A stretch of DNA of 64,000 nt from Octopus vulgaris (Eukaryota): positions 4,774,001-4,838,000 of the forward strand of contig OX597829.1 of the NCBI GenBank assembly GCA_951406725.2, written 5' to 3'. The position numbers and the translations under genes are program-made. Below, piece by piece: positions 13,461-27,696 of this stretch (the stretch's first letter is position 1; every line of letters starts with the position of its first letter). The notes under the pieces were generated by a model. That model saw nothing but the letters and a program-made list of their open reading frames with translations. It was not told the DNA's origin and did not search any database.

Positions 13461-13690
13461 TACTTTCCTTTCTGTGTTTGACCCTTCTGTCCGGCACTAG
13501 TCGCCATGATAGATCGTTAGCCACTACACACATTTTTTTCTCTCCTTGTTTTTTCTCTGTCCCTTTCTGTCGAAGAGCATAGGCTCGAAACGCAAAAGAC
13601 TTTTTCTATTCCTGAGCGTTATAATAATATATCTGTTTGTTTTGTACACCACCTGTCTTCGTCTTTTGTTTTTTTCGTAAACTCTCCCAT
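13461..13690 (+). mobile_element. Short PLE-type 3' end with CUGUCGA hammerhead (13563-13598)
   Basis: CUUU-CUGUCGA-A-GAGC-auag-GCUC-GAAA-CG-CA-AAAG; flanked by (TA)n on both sides. Confidence 0.7.
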
Positions 13691-14180
13691 TATATATATA
13701 TATATATATACATACACGCTACACGTACATGTATATACCCTTAGCTACATACATACATATGAACTTTTAGTAGGGTAAGTGATAGTGTCTACCTACGATC
13801 GACTGCCTCGGTGTCATCAAACTCTTGTTTGTCTTTTTCTTTCGACTTTATATAGTTTTTTTGGTAAGTTGTTTTATTTTACTTCTGGTAGCTTCAACAA
13901 TGTTAATAATAATTAAGTGTAGTGAAGGTAGACAAGTGTAATAGTTCTGTAGAAAGGTGAACAGAGAAATTATATATGTAGAGAAAGATAAGAGAAATGA
14001 TCGTATGGCGTGGGTTGATGGAATGTTATAATGAGGTTTCTCTGATGTGCGAAATGTTATTGTACAGCACGTCCTTTATGCATAATACTAAAAATTTACG
14101 TTTTAGCTTTAACTTAAATGCGCTATTAATATTACAATTATTAGACAATTCCTACAGGTCTTCTTCCATTAATTATTGTA

Positions 14181-14480
14181 GTGGAGGCACATGGCCTAGT
14201 GGTTAGAGTAGCAGACCCGCGGTCGAGGAATCGCGGGTTCGAATCTCAGACCGGGCGATGTGTGTGTTTATGAGCGAAACACCTAAGCTCCACGCAGCTC
14301 TGACAGAAGGTAATGGCGAAATTTCTGCTGATTCTTTCGCCACGACTTTCTCTCACTCTTTCCTCCTGCATCTTGCATCTCACCTGCGACAGACCGGCGT
14401 CCCGTCCAGGTGGGAAACCTATAAGCCAAGAAACCGGGAAACCGGCCCTTATGAGCCAGGCATGGCTCGAGAAGGAACAA
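14181..14480 (+). mobile_element. tRNA(Arg)-like SINE
   Basis: Inverted close copy of 11440-11740. Confidence 0.85.
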
Positions 14481-14899
14481 ACAAAACAACATTGATTATT
14501 GTAACATTTATTATTCTATGATTTTGTATTTCTACCCTGTTTAGCTTTTCTATTCTCCGTCCGGACTGAGTTGATTCTGATTGGCAATTTAGCATTACCA
14601 CATACAGATAGTAATGGTAAATACGTTTAGTTTTTATCTTTAATCTATGAGCTAATTAGCTTTAAATCTTTTCTTTATAAATTAGTTGTAAATTTTTTTA
14701 AAAAATGTACTCCTCGTCTTCTATATATTATCGTAAAGAGTGTTATTATCGCGAACTTAATAATACTACAAGTTAACTATAAGATGTCGCTCCCTTGATT
14801 TACTGAAAAATTTATGTATCTTACGGTGACCAGTGAATAAATTTCACTGTAAATAGATATATTTGCAAAGGCTTGGTAAGTATCGCCGCTAGCGGGGAC

Positions 14900-15112
14900 A
14901 CACTACCTCGGACTGGTGACGGGCAAAACCCAGAAATATGTCCCAAGATGCTAGTCCTAGCTGGTGGAGGTGCTTGCCTCCCCTTCGCAAATATAAGGAC
15001 ACAGGAAATGTGTCGAAGCCGACAGGAAGCGTCGATGCTTCCTAGGGCTAAACAGCGGTGGTGTAATTCCCTCTACGGGACTGTCATGTTATGTTGACTT
15101 TATACAACCACT
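14900..15112 (+). mobile_element. Short repeat with hammerhead-like motif (14910-14943)
   Basis: GGA-CUGGUGA-c-GGG-caaaa-CCC-a-GAAA-UA-UG-UCC; the copy at 24287-24470 (-) keeps CUGAUGA; same family forms the palindrome at 62421-62672. Confidence 0.6.
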
Positions 15113-15963
15113 TTATGTATCTTATTTGATTTGAATTTATCCGATTCATCACTGCTAACTTGTTGTTACCATTTACATGATATTATAATCTTAACTACAG
15201 TATATCCTAACTTTTGGATGCATGTGAATTATCGTTTGTATACGTATACGCATGAATGATGATGTAGATTGATTTAGTCATTCAAAACGATGGACTTTAT
15301 ATTATTTATGAATTTACTATTTTGATGTATTTTGTGTAAGAACTGATGTTGTGTGAGTGTGTTTATCCGAAAGTATGTTTATGAATATGTCAGAGCATAC
15401 TCATTTGAGATGTAAGTGAGTGTATCTTGGCGCTGCGATCATTAGTGTTGGAATATTTCTATCCTTCTAAATCAGCTATCCGTGAAAATCCAGCGCTTCG
15501 GTTAACGCCGCTTTGCTATGCACCTAAGTACCTCGACTAAACAATAACAAACTTGATCGCCTATCTCGATATGTAAACAACTATATATTTTTGCCATAAT
15601 TTTCATTCTATTTGTTTGCCTATTCTTTTATTTATCGTATTCCCTATTTTTTATCATCTGGATTATTCTCTTACGTAATACGGAATGAACTGACAAATTT
15701 TAGAATGAAATGCATATGTATATAATTATATAATTTGATGATAAATTTATTCTTCCTTATTCTACCGTTTAGTTTTTAGCTACTGGCAACAGAAGCTACT
15801 TTTTCTCTACAAATGCAAATATTTTTTATGAGAACATTTAAAAACAAAGAAACAGGATAGAAAGATTAGAAAGGAAAAGAAAAAGAGAAAAAGTCGAGTT
15901 TAAAGCAGCAGAAGATGGAGGGGAGGAGGTGATGGGCCATATACCCCTGAATACATATTGTGC

Positions 15964-16165
15964 TCAGCTGCACCCCGCGGTAATGGATGCTATGGTGTTG
16001 CAGTGGAGAATAGTTAGCGACACTCGCCGCAATAGCCACTCCACCCCACGAGGCTCATTTCTCAGGCGGATCGCTGCTATCCCTATTTTGCGGAGGAAAT
16101 CGGTAGTACAGGGTCCTAGAACACCTAACATCTCGACGGTGACCGGCACAAACTGATGGCAGCCG
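15964..16165 (-). pseudogene. CRE-clade non-LTR retrotransposon RLE C-terminus fragment
   Basis: 'PVTVEMLGVLGP..DFLRKIG..RNEPRGVEWLLRRVSLTILHCN' fits the CRE P.avE..G..gp..FL..R.S..I..GN motif. Confidence 0.65.
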
Positions 16166-17389
16166 GCTATTTATTGATTTTTCTCTGTTTTGTAAATACT
16201 ATTACCTTTGATGTGTTGTTTATAACGCCTTAGGCTGCCGTATAAATGAACTTTGCCAGGATATTGTTACTAATCGCTTTGATTGGAGGGTGGAAAAGGA
16301 CAAACATTTTAAAGGATGAGAGATAGGACTTCAAGAAAAGTAAAAATCTACGGTAAGAAAAATAAATCCAGGACAAAACTGACAGGTAAGTGCTTCAAAT
16401 ACAGTGCTTGGTGGGTCTGTTACTAACATGTAGGTGTCTACTGTCAAGCAAACGCTACTCTGCCAACAAAGCAAGGTTTTCTAAACATAGATTCATGGTT
16501 TGCATGTGTGTTTGTGTGTATGTTCTCTTTTTTAAAAATTATCTAAATTCTTCCTCTAAGGAGGGAGCTGTTTCTAACAAAGAAAGCTCTATCATTGGAA
16601 TGTTGACAACGAAAATAATGTCACATTTTAAACTTGAGAGAAGTCAAGTATAGTTTTATTCTTCCACATAGAGATAGTATATGTAATGTGCTAGTTGGCT
16701 AATTTCTTTTTTGAAAATTGAAGCTTATCGAGGCTGCCAGTAAGGCATTTACTCAAAGAACCAAGTACACCAATTATTTTTGCAATCTGTATATAGAAGC
16801 TGGACATTTCGAAGCAGTTGTCCATAGTTATCCCTTTCTCATTGATTTTATTAGAAATATTCAGATAGGCAGGATAGATGATCTCTATGCGTGTAAGTAT
16901 GTATGTATGTATGTATGTATGTATGTATGTATGTATGTATGTATGTATGTATGTATGTATGTATGTATGTATGTATGTATGTATGTATGTATGTATGTAT
17001 GTATGTATTACTTTCTTATCAATCACAAATATATCATAACTAACTGAAACTTTGCCTATGCCCAAACACTGCTTGGCGCTAATATCACGGTAATTTCCAT
17101 GACCTCAGCGGTCTATTGGCGCATATCAGTCAATGTTGCTGACTGTATTTTAGTTAAAACTATGGCTTTAATAAGGTCTTGTCTAGAGTTGCTTCTCTTA
17201 GCTATTTCCCATTGATATCAGCATAAGGACTAGAAATATTGATGTTTTGGAATCCTGATAGATGGTGACACTGGATAAAGTGTTTTTACGCCTTTTTATC
17301 GCAAGAGAAACTTTTCTTCACGGTAACCGCAGTGAATTTTTCCTTTTAGCAGTTGAAATATGTCACAAACATAATTTAACTAAGCTTTG

Positions 17390-17429
<40 letters not shown>

Positions 17430-17624
17430 TCGCCATACTTATATGGCAGTCTTATAAATATAAGACTAAAGCTGTCGCTGATTAGCTCCAAGAGGCCACC
17501 GCCTCAAGCTAGCTATTTGACACACAACCTGCGTCCATTATAAACCTTCGAACAGGGGAGGTCAGCCGCTTCATCCTGCCAGTCAGACAGCTGCAGACAT
17601 GTTTCAGGGTATGTGCGTGTGTGT

Positions 17625-18292
17625 GCTAAATAAATAAAACAAAGCCAAGGCAGTGTAAAATTTCTAGGACATTTATAAAGGGAAAGGTAGTCTTACAGCT
17701 GTTTCAGGGATATAACGAATATCCCATCATCAGGGACGATATGTGAGAGTTAAACAGAAAGAAATAGTAGAGTTCAATGTAAGAAGTTATTTTGGAAAGG
17801 GAGAGATATAGGAAAGATAAAGGGAAATATGAGAATAAAAATAGAAATATATGTTGGATGTTACAGTTGCTGTTCCATTATCCAAGGAATGTGCTGTGTA
17901 GAATGGGCAAAGAGGCTTCTTGCCCATGATATGTAAATTCCGATAGGAGTTCATATTTTGTGTTAACAAAATATGAATTTACATACCATGGAAAGAAACT
18001 TTTCTACCCATTTTACACAGCACATTCCTTGGATAATGGAACTACAACTGTAACATCCAACATATATTTTTATTCTTATATTTCCCGTTACACTTCCTAT
18101 ATCTCTTCCTTTCCATATTAACTTCTTATATTGAACTCTACTATTTCCCTCTATTTACCTCTCTCATACCATCTCTGATGATGGAATATCTTTTATATCC
18201 CCGAAACAGCTGTAAGACTACTCTTTTCTTTATAAACTGTCCTAAAAGTTTCACACTACCTTGGCCTTGTTTCATTTTATTTAACCAATACA
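17625..18292. mobile_element. Head-to-head inverted PLE 3' ends, each with a hammerhead
   Basis: Arms ~17629-17955 and ~17960-18283 are diverged reverse complements; HHRs at 17690-17737 (-) and 18171-18218 (+): CUGAUGA-stem II-GAAA-CAGCUG-UA-AGAC. Confidence 0.75.
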
Positions 18293-18423
18293 CGCTCACA
18301 CATGACCCGACTTACACTCCTCACTCATACTATTATCGAACGGGGAGTCTAACAGCGGTCCTTCCGTAGCACATACATAGCCTTACCTGCCAGTTTGGGT
18401 CTTCTGGATACTCCTATTATATA

Positions 18424-18499
<76 letters not shown>

Positions 18500-19000
18500 C
18501 AATATTGTCTACCAGTTCCGTTAGGGATATTTTAGGTTCTGTGATGGAAATTTCTAGACAATTATTTAATACCTACGATACATAGTAAACGTAGACATAT
18601 AATAATAGTCGACAATTAGGAATTCGAAATCTAAGGTACCAATAACTGAGCTAATAGTCTCTAGATTGATAATACTATAAGCTTATATAGACACACATAC
18701 ACAGTGTGTGTGTCTGTCTGAATGAGTGCGTGTGAGTGTATTAAAATAAAGACTGGAATTTATATTACTTTAATACTGTAGTTACAAATGTTTCTCTAGA
18801 ACATTAAAAAATTCATTTTATGAACATGATACTCATATTGGCTTCTAATTTTGGCACAAAGCCAGCAATATCGAGGTGGGTTGAGTCGATTAAACCTACG
18901 CCAATGTTCATCTGGTACTTATATTACAGAACCCAAAGAGCTGGAAGGCAAAATCTACCTCGGAAGAATTCGATCTCAAAACGTAAAGACGGATGAAATG

Positions 19001-19064
<64 letters not shown>

Positions 19065-19924
19065 CAGGGCGCGATGGGTAAATCGTCGCCATTTTATACG
19101 TTTAATTTTGCACATGCACATCAGTTGTTTTTGATTTTGTCGAATACACAGTGAAATAGGTTAATTTGGGAACCATCTGTGAGAAAAACAGCACCATGAC
19201 GCAATTCACTTTGTCAGAAATTTGGAAAAGACATGCTCTGCTGCTTGGTATTCGAAGCACCAATACGAACATTTCAGAGCGTTTGGGTGTCAATTTGAGG
19301 ACATGTACTGAGAGTGATAAAAATCAAACATCCAGTCAACATCATGGTGTTTGGAATGATCACTAGTGACGACTACGTTATGCCTCCATTCATCTTCCTA
19401 CACGGTCTCAGAGTCAACAGGGAAGCTTAATTCAAGTGCCTGGAAGGGTGTAGGTCAAGTAGGTGGCGGTTGGAATACCCTGTGTCTGGAAATAGGACTC
19501 CGCACCATGCTACACAAGCAGGAGAACCTAGTCATGGCTGTCAGACAATTTCTGCAACCACATCACTCCTAATATCTAGCCACCACCTAACTCCCCACAC
19601 TGCAACCCCCTTCATTATTATGTGTGGGGCGCAGATGAGCGAGAAACCAACTTAAATCCTTGTAACACCAAAGATGAACTGAAGGCAAGGCCTATGGCAG
19701 CATTCACCAACTTAAACAAGGAGACCATCCAGAAGAGCTGCAGGAGATTTTGAAATTGTCTGGAGGCTGTGGTTGAAGGCAGTGGTGATTTTATTGAATA
19801 AATTTACTCTTTAGTATTTCAAGATATTTTTATGTAATTTTGGTAAATATATCTGCTGAAATGAGATGTCATTGATAATTTCACTTCTGCGTAATTTAGA
19901 CAACAGTTCCAATCATTCGCTGTA
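19065..19924 (+). mobile_element. maT/DD37D-type Tc1-mariner remnant
   Basis: Starts TA-CAGGG; manual translation 'DSAPCYTSRRT*SWLSDNF..PPNSPHCNPLHYYVW..CNTKDELKA..GDFIE*' gives ~37-38 aa between the second and third catalytic positions. Confidence 0.75.
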
Positions 19925-19929
19925 ATCTA

Positions 19930-20095
19930 CAAGTTCTTTTCATTCTCTCTCTATTTATTTCCTAGTGTTTCTTTCTGTTAAAGAGCGTAGGCTCGAAACG
20001 TAAAAGACCTTTTCATTTTCCCGTGCATCAAACTAGTACACCTGCTTGTTGTTTATACACCTGTCTTCGCGTTTTGATTTTCTGTAAATTTCAAT
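19930..20095 (+). mobile_element. PLE-type 3' end, CUGUNGA family (HHR 19971-20006)
   Basis: CUUU-CUGUUAA-A-GAGC-guag-GCUC-GAAA-CG-UA-AAAG. Confidence 0.6.
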
Positions 20096-21964
20096 TATGT
20101 GTGTGTATGTGTGAATGTATGTATATATTTTTATACATACATATGTGCGTGTGTGTCTTCTTCTTCTTCTTCTTCTTCTTCTTCTTCTTCTTCTTCTTCT
20201 TCTTCTTCTTCTTCTTCTTCTTCTTCCACCATCTACATTCCTGTTGTAAAATGTTTCCGAAGACATTAGCGTTGCAAAAAGCTGGCGTTAAGACACTAGC
20301 TCAGAAAACAAACTTAGCACATACCAGCATGGAAAAGCGAGCATTTAAGTCAGTGATGAATAGGTTAATGCACTTTTAAAGTGAGCACTTTTATGTTTTT
20401 GTATCAGAATGGCATATACATATATGTATGGGTTTGTGCGTATCTATTTATACATATATATATTGTTTATGTGTGTTGTGTATGTGTGTATGTGTGCGTT
20501 TCATGTGTGTGCATCTATACCGAAAGAACAAAAAGAACCTCCATTAATTTTGTTTAGCAAAATATATTCTGACGCCAGTCATGACGAGACATTTGTGTGA
20601 GAACAGTAACTATTCGGAAACATTATGATGTATGCTTTTCAATTATTTTCTATTATGTAAACCGATCTACAATCCACCATCGTAGACCTAGTTTCAAAGC
20701 TTTATTTCTGTGCAATAATTTTCACAGCTACCTTCTTTCTTTTCATTAAACAAAGAACAACAAAGCAAAGCCGTCTTCAGTTTTCTTTTGATTCAAATAT
20801 TTTAGGTCATTTTTTTTCTCTTACTTAACCCCTTAATATCCATAAATCATTTGTTTATATCAGTGGTTCTAACAGTTAAAAGTACCAGTGCTACTCGTGA
20901 TCTATCTTCCTCATTGCCAGAAATTTTGGAAGGGACGAGTAGATTGTATCAACCCACCTGAAACTAGACTGGTACGTTATTTTATCGCTCTCAAGAAGAT
21001 AAGACCTCGAGAGGTCGAACTCAGAATTGACCTCGAGAAATCGAACTCAGTTTGTAAAGAGCCGGAAGAAATGCCGCTAAGCATTTTGTTCGACAAGCTA
21101 ACGATTCATCCTTTGTATTAACGAGAAGACGTAATAAAGTTTGCATCCATATAATTTTCCTTCACGGTGCTTTGTCCATGTTATTTTTTAACAATCTGCA
21201 GAATCTCATCCCCATGAAAAATGCGTTATTATTTTGCTTTATAGTTTCTTCTTTAGTTCTAAGTTTTGTGTCAGTTAAAAAGACTGAAGGTGACCATTGT
21301 CCACACTATTTGAAGTCTATCTCAGTCTATTGAGATTGAAATTAGCAAAGTCGCTAGAATTAAAACAAAGCACTCTGCTGTATGAGTTTCAAATCTCTAC
21401 ATACTGAGGTCATATTCCACTCAGAACAGTGTTGCCTTTGACCCTTTCAGAACCAATAAAATAAAGTACCAGTCTATTGTGGCGGGTTGGTGATACTGTC
21501 AGAACGCCCGACGTGATGCCTTACGGCGTATGTTCAAAGTTAGTTTTTATGAGTTTTGGACAGTAGACTTAAGTAGTCCTCTGATTTAACACAACTATTG
21601 AATACTTGGTCTTTAGTTTTCTTTGATAAAGTGACTTGCTTGAAGCACTGAATTTAAAGGTCTCTGGCTTGAGAATGTCTCCCTTCATCTGTCTACCTCT
21701 CATTAGAAGCACTGAGAAAGAAGCGGGTTCGTCGGCGCTTCGTGACTAAACACTAAAATGTGTTCATAAGCGGAAAGAAATGTAGTTGAAAAGGAAGAAT
21801 TCTGTAGTGTTGATGATGTTGGGAAAAATAATTGCGGTTTATGGTTAGTGCAGTAATGTGTGATGAATGTGAGACACGGCGAGAGTGACAGGATAGTGAG
21901 AAATGGGTTTGGATGCAAGTGATATGAAACTTCCTGCAAGTTAATGTAATATTGTTGGTATATC

Positions 21965-22460
21965 CACGAGGAGGGGTGTACCCCACAAAAAGTCGGGCTT
22001 TGACAATAGTATTCAATCCACTTATTTTTACATGTTTACACTTTTATCGCTTTCAAAGTCCTCTCCATTTGAAGCAATACATCGGTCCAGGCGTTTTTTC
22101 CTTTATTCGAACTAATCCCGAAGCTCTTGCAAATAGATGCCTTTTGACGCCTCCGCTGTGTTTTTTTCTTTTTCACCTCTTCCACATCTGCAAATTTTAT
22201 AGCACCAGCTTCCGTCACCAGTGATGGCCTGCGAAAAAAGGTCCGGATCAACTTTCAACTGATCTTTCAGTTCACGACACGCATTCAGTCGTGACTGCTT
22301 TTGATCTTCCATGAGCAAGTGTGGAACAAATTTTGCAGCAGCACTTTTCATCCGCAATTTCTTGTTCAAAATTCGTTGGCAGGAGCTCCAGGACACACTA
22401 GTCATATCAACAAGTTCATCAATTGTTCAGTGACTGTCCTCCAAGACCAATTCTTCCATG
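21965..22460 (-). mobile_element. Internally deleted mariner
   Basis: 'AKFVPHLLMEDQKQSRLNACREL..PDLFSQAITGDGSWCY' is joined directly to the C-terminal 'RLDRCIASNGEDFE'. Confidence 0.85.
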
Positions 22461-23521
22461 TTACTTAATGCTAACCAGTAATATTTTTATGTGCAGTGTC
22501 GAAATTGCTACAATAATTCCTTGGCTCAATATACTGAGCGGCATTCTTTGTGAAGTAATGATTCCACTTTGATTGTTCTTTCAATTAATTTACACAGGAA
22601 TCGAACTCACATTGCCGACATGAGAACATTTCACTTTCATGAACATTAAGTCGGTTATGTAAAATGTAGGTCACAAAATTCTTCATGTGAACAGAAACTA
22701 ACGAAACCATTAAAACAGGGCTACTCTTCCTTGTTCCTGCTCTTGAACATAGAATTCCTATTTAAGTGGACAATGATAACATTATCCGGTAGAAGTTTGT
22801 CCTTTATAATTAGGAACATACTATCGATTTTCTTAACTCAGTTTTCAAGTTGATTCTACTTAGATACAAAATCCGTTTCATACAAACTAAACAATTAATT
22901 AGCTCCCTCCATAAGTGCTTCACATTTCGGGTCGGATATCTTCGGTCCTCACAATCTGAAGAGGGCTCTCAAAAAATCAAATGTTTTTCATTCGTTATTT
23001 TACTTTTTTATTTTATTTTTGTCACATTTAACATGACAGTTATTGACCCAAACAAACCAAACACAGTTTGTACCATTTCGATATCCAATAACGATACTTA
23101 AATATGAATTTCTATTATATTTATGGTTGCTTTTTTACTATATTACATATTTCTTTTTAAAATATTATTTTCCTTATACTGTGTGTGTGTTTGTGTGTGT
23201 GTGTGTGTGCATGTGTGTGTGTGTGTGTGCGCGCGCGCGCGCGCGTGTGTGTCAGTAATTAGACAACGGCCATGCTGAGACGCGGCTTTGAAGATTTTTT
23301 TTCTCGAATGAATTGATCCAGTACTTTTTTGTCGACTGGTACTTATTCAAATTCTTTATTATTGCCGAACCGCTAAGTTACGGGAACGTAAACAAACCAG
23401 CACCAGTTGTCAAGTGGTGGTGAAGTACAAACATAAAGACACGAAACAACGTGCATGCGCGCATATATATATATATATATATATATACGTATATGCATGT
23501 ATATGTATGTATATATGTATG

Positions 23522-23573
<52 letters not shown>

Positions 23574-24049
23574 GATATAAATATATGCATCTCTCCTCTT
23601 CACCGTTCCCTCTCTCCCACTCTTCCTCCTTGACTCTCTCGTCGCTGACACGTAACGAAAGGGAATCTATATTTCTGCCCATTTCCTTCCTAAAGACAAC
23701 ACGTGCTTATACCTGTTTCCTCTCATAAGCTCGTCTTCCTAGCGTTCATAATAATTTTTCCTATCGTCTTGGCTTAACAGCCCTCACCGTTTGTTTTAAA
23801 TGTCTTGTTCTCACTGTCCTGCTTTTGTTACCGCTTTCACCCTATTTCTAGTTTAACCTTAATTATGAAGTGGAATCGAGAACAACTTGGTTCCAAGTTC
23901 AATCTCAATGACGAACACTTTTGGTAAGTTTCTGCTATTATAGTGTCAGCTATGCTCTGTACGTGAATGAAGTAGACAGAAGTTAAACTGTAGGCCCTTT
24001 CGTGCACGAACATACACACATGTGTGTGCATGTATATATATACATAAAA

Positions 24050-24225
24050 GATTGCTAGCTACTACACATTCTTTATTTTCTCTCCTTGTTTCTTTGTGTT
24101 CCTTTCCGTGGAAGAGCGTAGGCTCGAAACGTTAAAGACTTTTTCACTTTCCGAGCGTTATACTAATATATCTGTTTGTTGCCTACACCACCTGTCTTCG
24201 TCTTTTGGGTTTTTTTGTGAATTCT

Positions 24226-24228
<3 letters not shown>
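24050..24228 (+). mobile_element. PLE-type 3' end, CUGUNGA family (HHR 24102-24137)
   Basis: CUUU-CCGUGGA-A-GAGC-guag-GCUC-GAAA-CG-UU-AAAG; ends 'ctccc-tatata'. Confidence 0.65.
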
Positions 24229-24269
<41 letters not shown>

Positions 24270-24484
24270 ATATATATATATATGTATAGAGTGGTTGTAT
24301 ACTGTCAACTTAACGTGACAATCCTGTAAAGGAAATCACACCACCACTATTTAGCCCTAGGAAGCATCGACGCTTCCTGTCGGCTTTGACACATTTCCTG
24401 TGTCCTTATATTTGCGAAGGGGAGGCAAGCACCCCCACCAGCTAGAGTCTTTGCTCGTCATCAGTCCAGAGTATCAAGGCTTCG

Positions 24485-24585
<101 letters not shown>

Positions 24586-26835
24586 GTGTATATATATATA
24601 TGTATATATGTATATGTATCTACACACTCACCGATGCACACGCAGTCGCACTCACATTTGTATCAAATACATACGCATACACCTACACACGCGTATATGT
24701 TAGTAGCATTACTCATTTTTGCCATCCAAGTGGACTGGAGGCATATAAAATTAAATGTTTTGCCCGAGAATGCAAGGCATCACCCGGTTCAGGAATCGAA
24801 ACCACACTCTTATGATCATGAGTCCAACACCCTAACTACTAACTAAGCCATGCGCCTCCGCACCAGGTATGAGTGGAGTGCAAGATTGTAACCAGCAGAA
24901 AAGTATGACACTTCAAAGAAATTGCCTAACTATTCCTTTTTCTACTTCCATTGACCTGTATTTTTAAATAAGAAGAAAGTCTAAAGCGGATTTTACTCGC
25001 AGGAATGCGCGCCAATTAATGAGCCTTTATGCGTCGCTCAACTTGGATGAAATGGCAACCAGCTTTCTTAAATTGTACTCTACCACCTTAAAAAAGTGCC
25101 TATATTAATTAGACAGTATAGTGCTAGATACACACAAAAATATAGGATCGTCAATGCCTTTCATCATAGGTCCCTTAGTCAGGGGTTAGCCTAAGGTTGA
25201 ACAACAATGACTCACTAGGAAAAATTTCCTATTGATCTGGGAAGTGGATTGGTTGAATCACCTGTGTCGGACGAAATGCCTGACATTCTTAATTGAAATA
25301 CCACCGACATCAAATTTGCCTTTCATGCTTTCGGCCTCCTCCTCCTCATCATCATCATCATAATCATCATCCCCTCCTCCTCCTCGTCTTCGTCATCATC
25401 ATCATCACCACCATCATCGTCGTCGTTGTCATTATCATCATCATCATTTCTCTTATTTGAATCTGCAAGTTGATTTGGCCGGAAATCTGTTTCTCAAGCC
25501 AGTTACATGTCCTACACAATGTCATTCAACCAGCTAAAATTAGGGTCCATTGGATAAGTTAATGCTAGAACACAAACGAAGTACTGGATTGCCTTTGAAC
25601 ATTGATTTGTCCAAAGAGGGTTTACAGGGAGAAAAAACAAGCAACTTATTTGTTCTTCGCCGTAAACTATCTGTGGTCACAACTAGGAAATATATTGAAA
25701 TTGAAATTTTGAAACATTTTAAAATGAAGCCATCGGACTGTTGTTAATTTCATTCGCAACCGTTGGATTCAGTTCTATTTGTGACAATTGAAACAAGGTA
25801 TAAGTACTGTAATTTATTTAGTTAAAAAAATGGTTTCAATTAATATACAGTACGTATATATTAGAGTGATATATAGCATGTATATAATCATGCGCCATAA
25901 AATAAACTGTGTATTGTACGCCAGTGGTGGATAAATTTATCCTAAATTCGTATCATATGACAATCTTTCGAGAGCTATATGTTGGATTAACAAAAGAATA
26001 ATTTATTGTTTGATAATTACTAACTTTAAAGTATAAGTTTTTAGAGCAATACACTGTAATCATAAGAACTACATCTCGCTTCAGTTCAATTCTAAATGCT
26101 TAGTTCACTAATTATCAACAGTAATATTTAGTTTTATTAATTAGAGCAAAACGCTTCTTCCATGCAGTGATTTAGCACACGAAAGCATGAATCATGACTT
26201 GCGATCAAAGTTGACATGTAAGCAGTTACAAAACAGTCAACATTGTGCTACGGATTACTTTATGTTTGATAACTAAAATGCAATAAGAAGTTTTTACGGC
26301 GAAAGAACCTGAGAAATATATGCAGACAGACATTGGTAACAGCCTTACTTTCATGACAAGCGATGTTCTCAAGAACTTTCAATTTACTGGTGTTTTTGAA
26401 AAATTTGGCTCCAAAAAATTGCATAAAGCAGTTGTTTGAATTTTAATAGTTGTTAGTCTTGTAACAATATTTAATTATTCTTTAACATTTAGCTTTTCAT
26501 TTTGATATTACTGTGAGAGTCTCCTATAGCCTAGGGACCCACAAAATTTTCATTCAGTTCTGCTTGAATATTCTTAGCGAAATCTAGTCTGTTGCGAGAA
26601 CTTGGGACTAGATTATCAGTCTGAAGATAACTTCCCTATTTTCAATACAAGTTTCTGAAGAACTGCGAAAGTTCATGGATGTTGACCTTCCTCTTCTGAC
26701 GAAACGATGATAAAATACAAATCCTAAAAAAAACTGATAATAAAAACGCCATTAATTTGCGTATAGTAAATTTATATTTTAAAGAAACACGGCTTAGTGC
26801 AGTACGAGAATTAACTAGCAGAGAAATAATCACAT

Positions 26836-27035
26836 TATTTACATTATTTAAATTTGACGGATATTTGTCCTCATCTTGTTTGTTGTTAACACAACATCTC
26901 GGCTGATCTACCTTCTACCCTTCATCAGGGTATATCAGCGGAAACTTTGTGTTAAAAGCAAACAAGATGAGGAAAATATCTGTCAAATGTAAATAATGTA
27001 CATATAATTCCTCATCTCTTAAATATAGGACTGTA
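26836..27035. mobile_element. Palindromic pair of hammerhead-SINE tails
   Basis: Inverted arms homologous to 43176-43307; the inversion junction (~26929) lies inside the hammerhead. Confidence 0.7.
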
Positions 27036-27650
27036 TTAAGAGAAATAATTGTTCGAATGCCTTCTGTATTTATTGAGAAAGTGAAAGTAACAGAGTGTGA
27101 CTAATACGAATTCATTATTTATTAGATTTACAGAACTCTTTCATCGGGATGACTTCTCGAATTTGTCAAATATATGAATTAGGGACGAGGCAGTTATCCC
27201 AAACACAATAACAGCGTAAATGAAGCGAAAACAGCTTTAGCGAAATAACAAATAACAACGATCAAACTTTTGTGCGTTGATCTGATTAACTAGAAATAAC
27301 AACCAAATTTCCCCCAAATCACTTACAATAATTATAACACACAAATGGTTAATTTAATTTAATTTAACAACGCTTCAGTTGCGTTCTTTATGTGATTATT
27401 AGCAGTGTCAGTTTTGTTTTGTATTTATAGCGGAAGCGAGTAGTCTTTTATAGACATGAGGCTGGCTGCTAGTGCAAATCAGTGACACGACACATGGCTG
27501 AAATGCTTCTGCGAGTAATATTTTTTGGTCCCCTTCAAAATATTTTGTTTTTACACATAATATATACGTAAGATATCGTATCTCAGGCAGTGACTTGCCT
27601 CTACAAATATTTCTAAATTAATTTAACACTGCTTCAGTCACTTTCCTAGG

Positions 27651-27689
<39 letters not shown>

Positions 27690-27696
<7 letters not shown>

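Noticed and set aside
14181-14256. tRNA-like sequences (also 11665-11740, 61083-61146, 61811-61888)
   Set aside because: They are SINE heads fused to repeat bodies, without a proper acceptor stem or terminator, so not tRNA genes.
25500-26800. Unique-looking sequence with short ORFs
   Set aside because: No recognisable domain or consistent exon structure; small exons cannot be excluded without RNA data.
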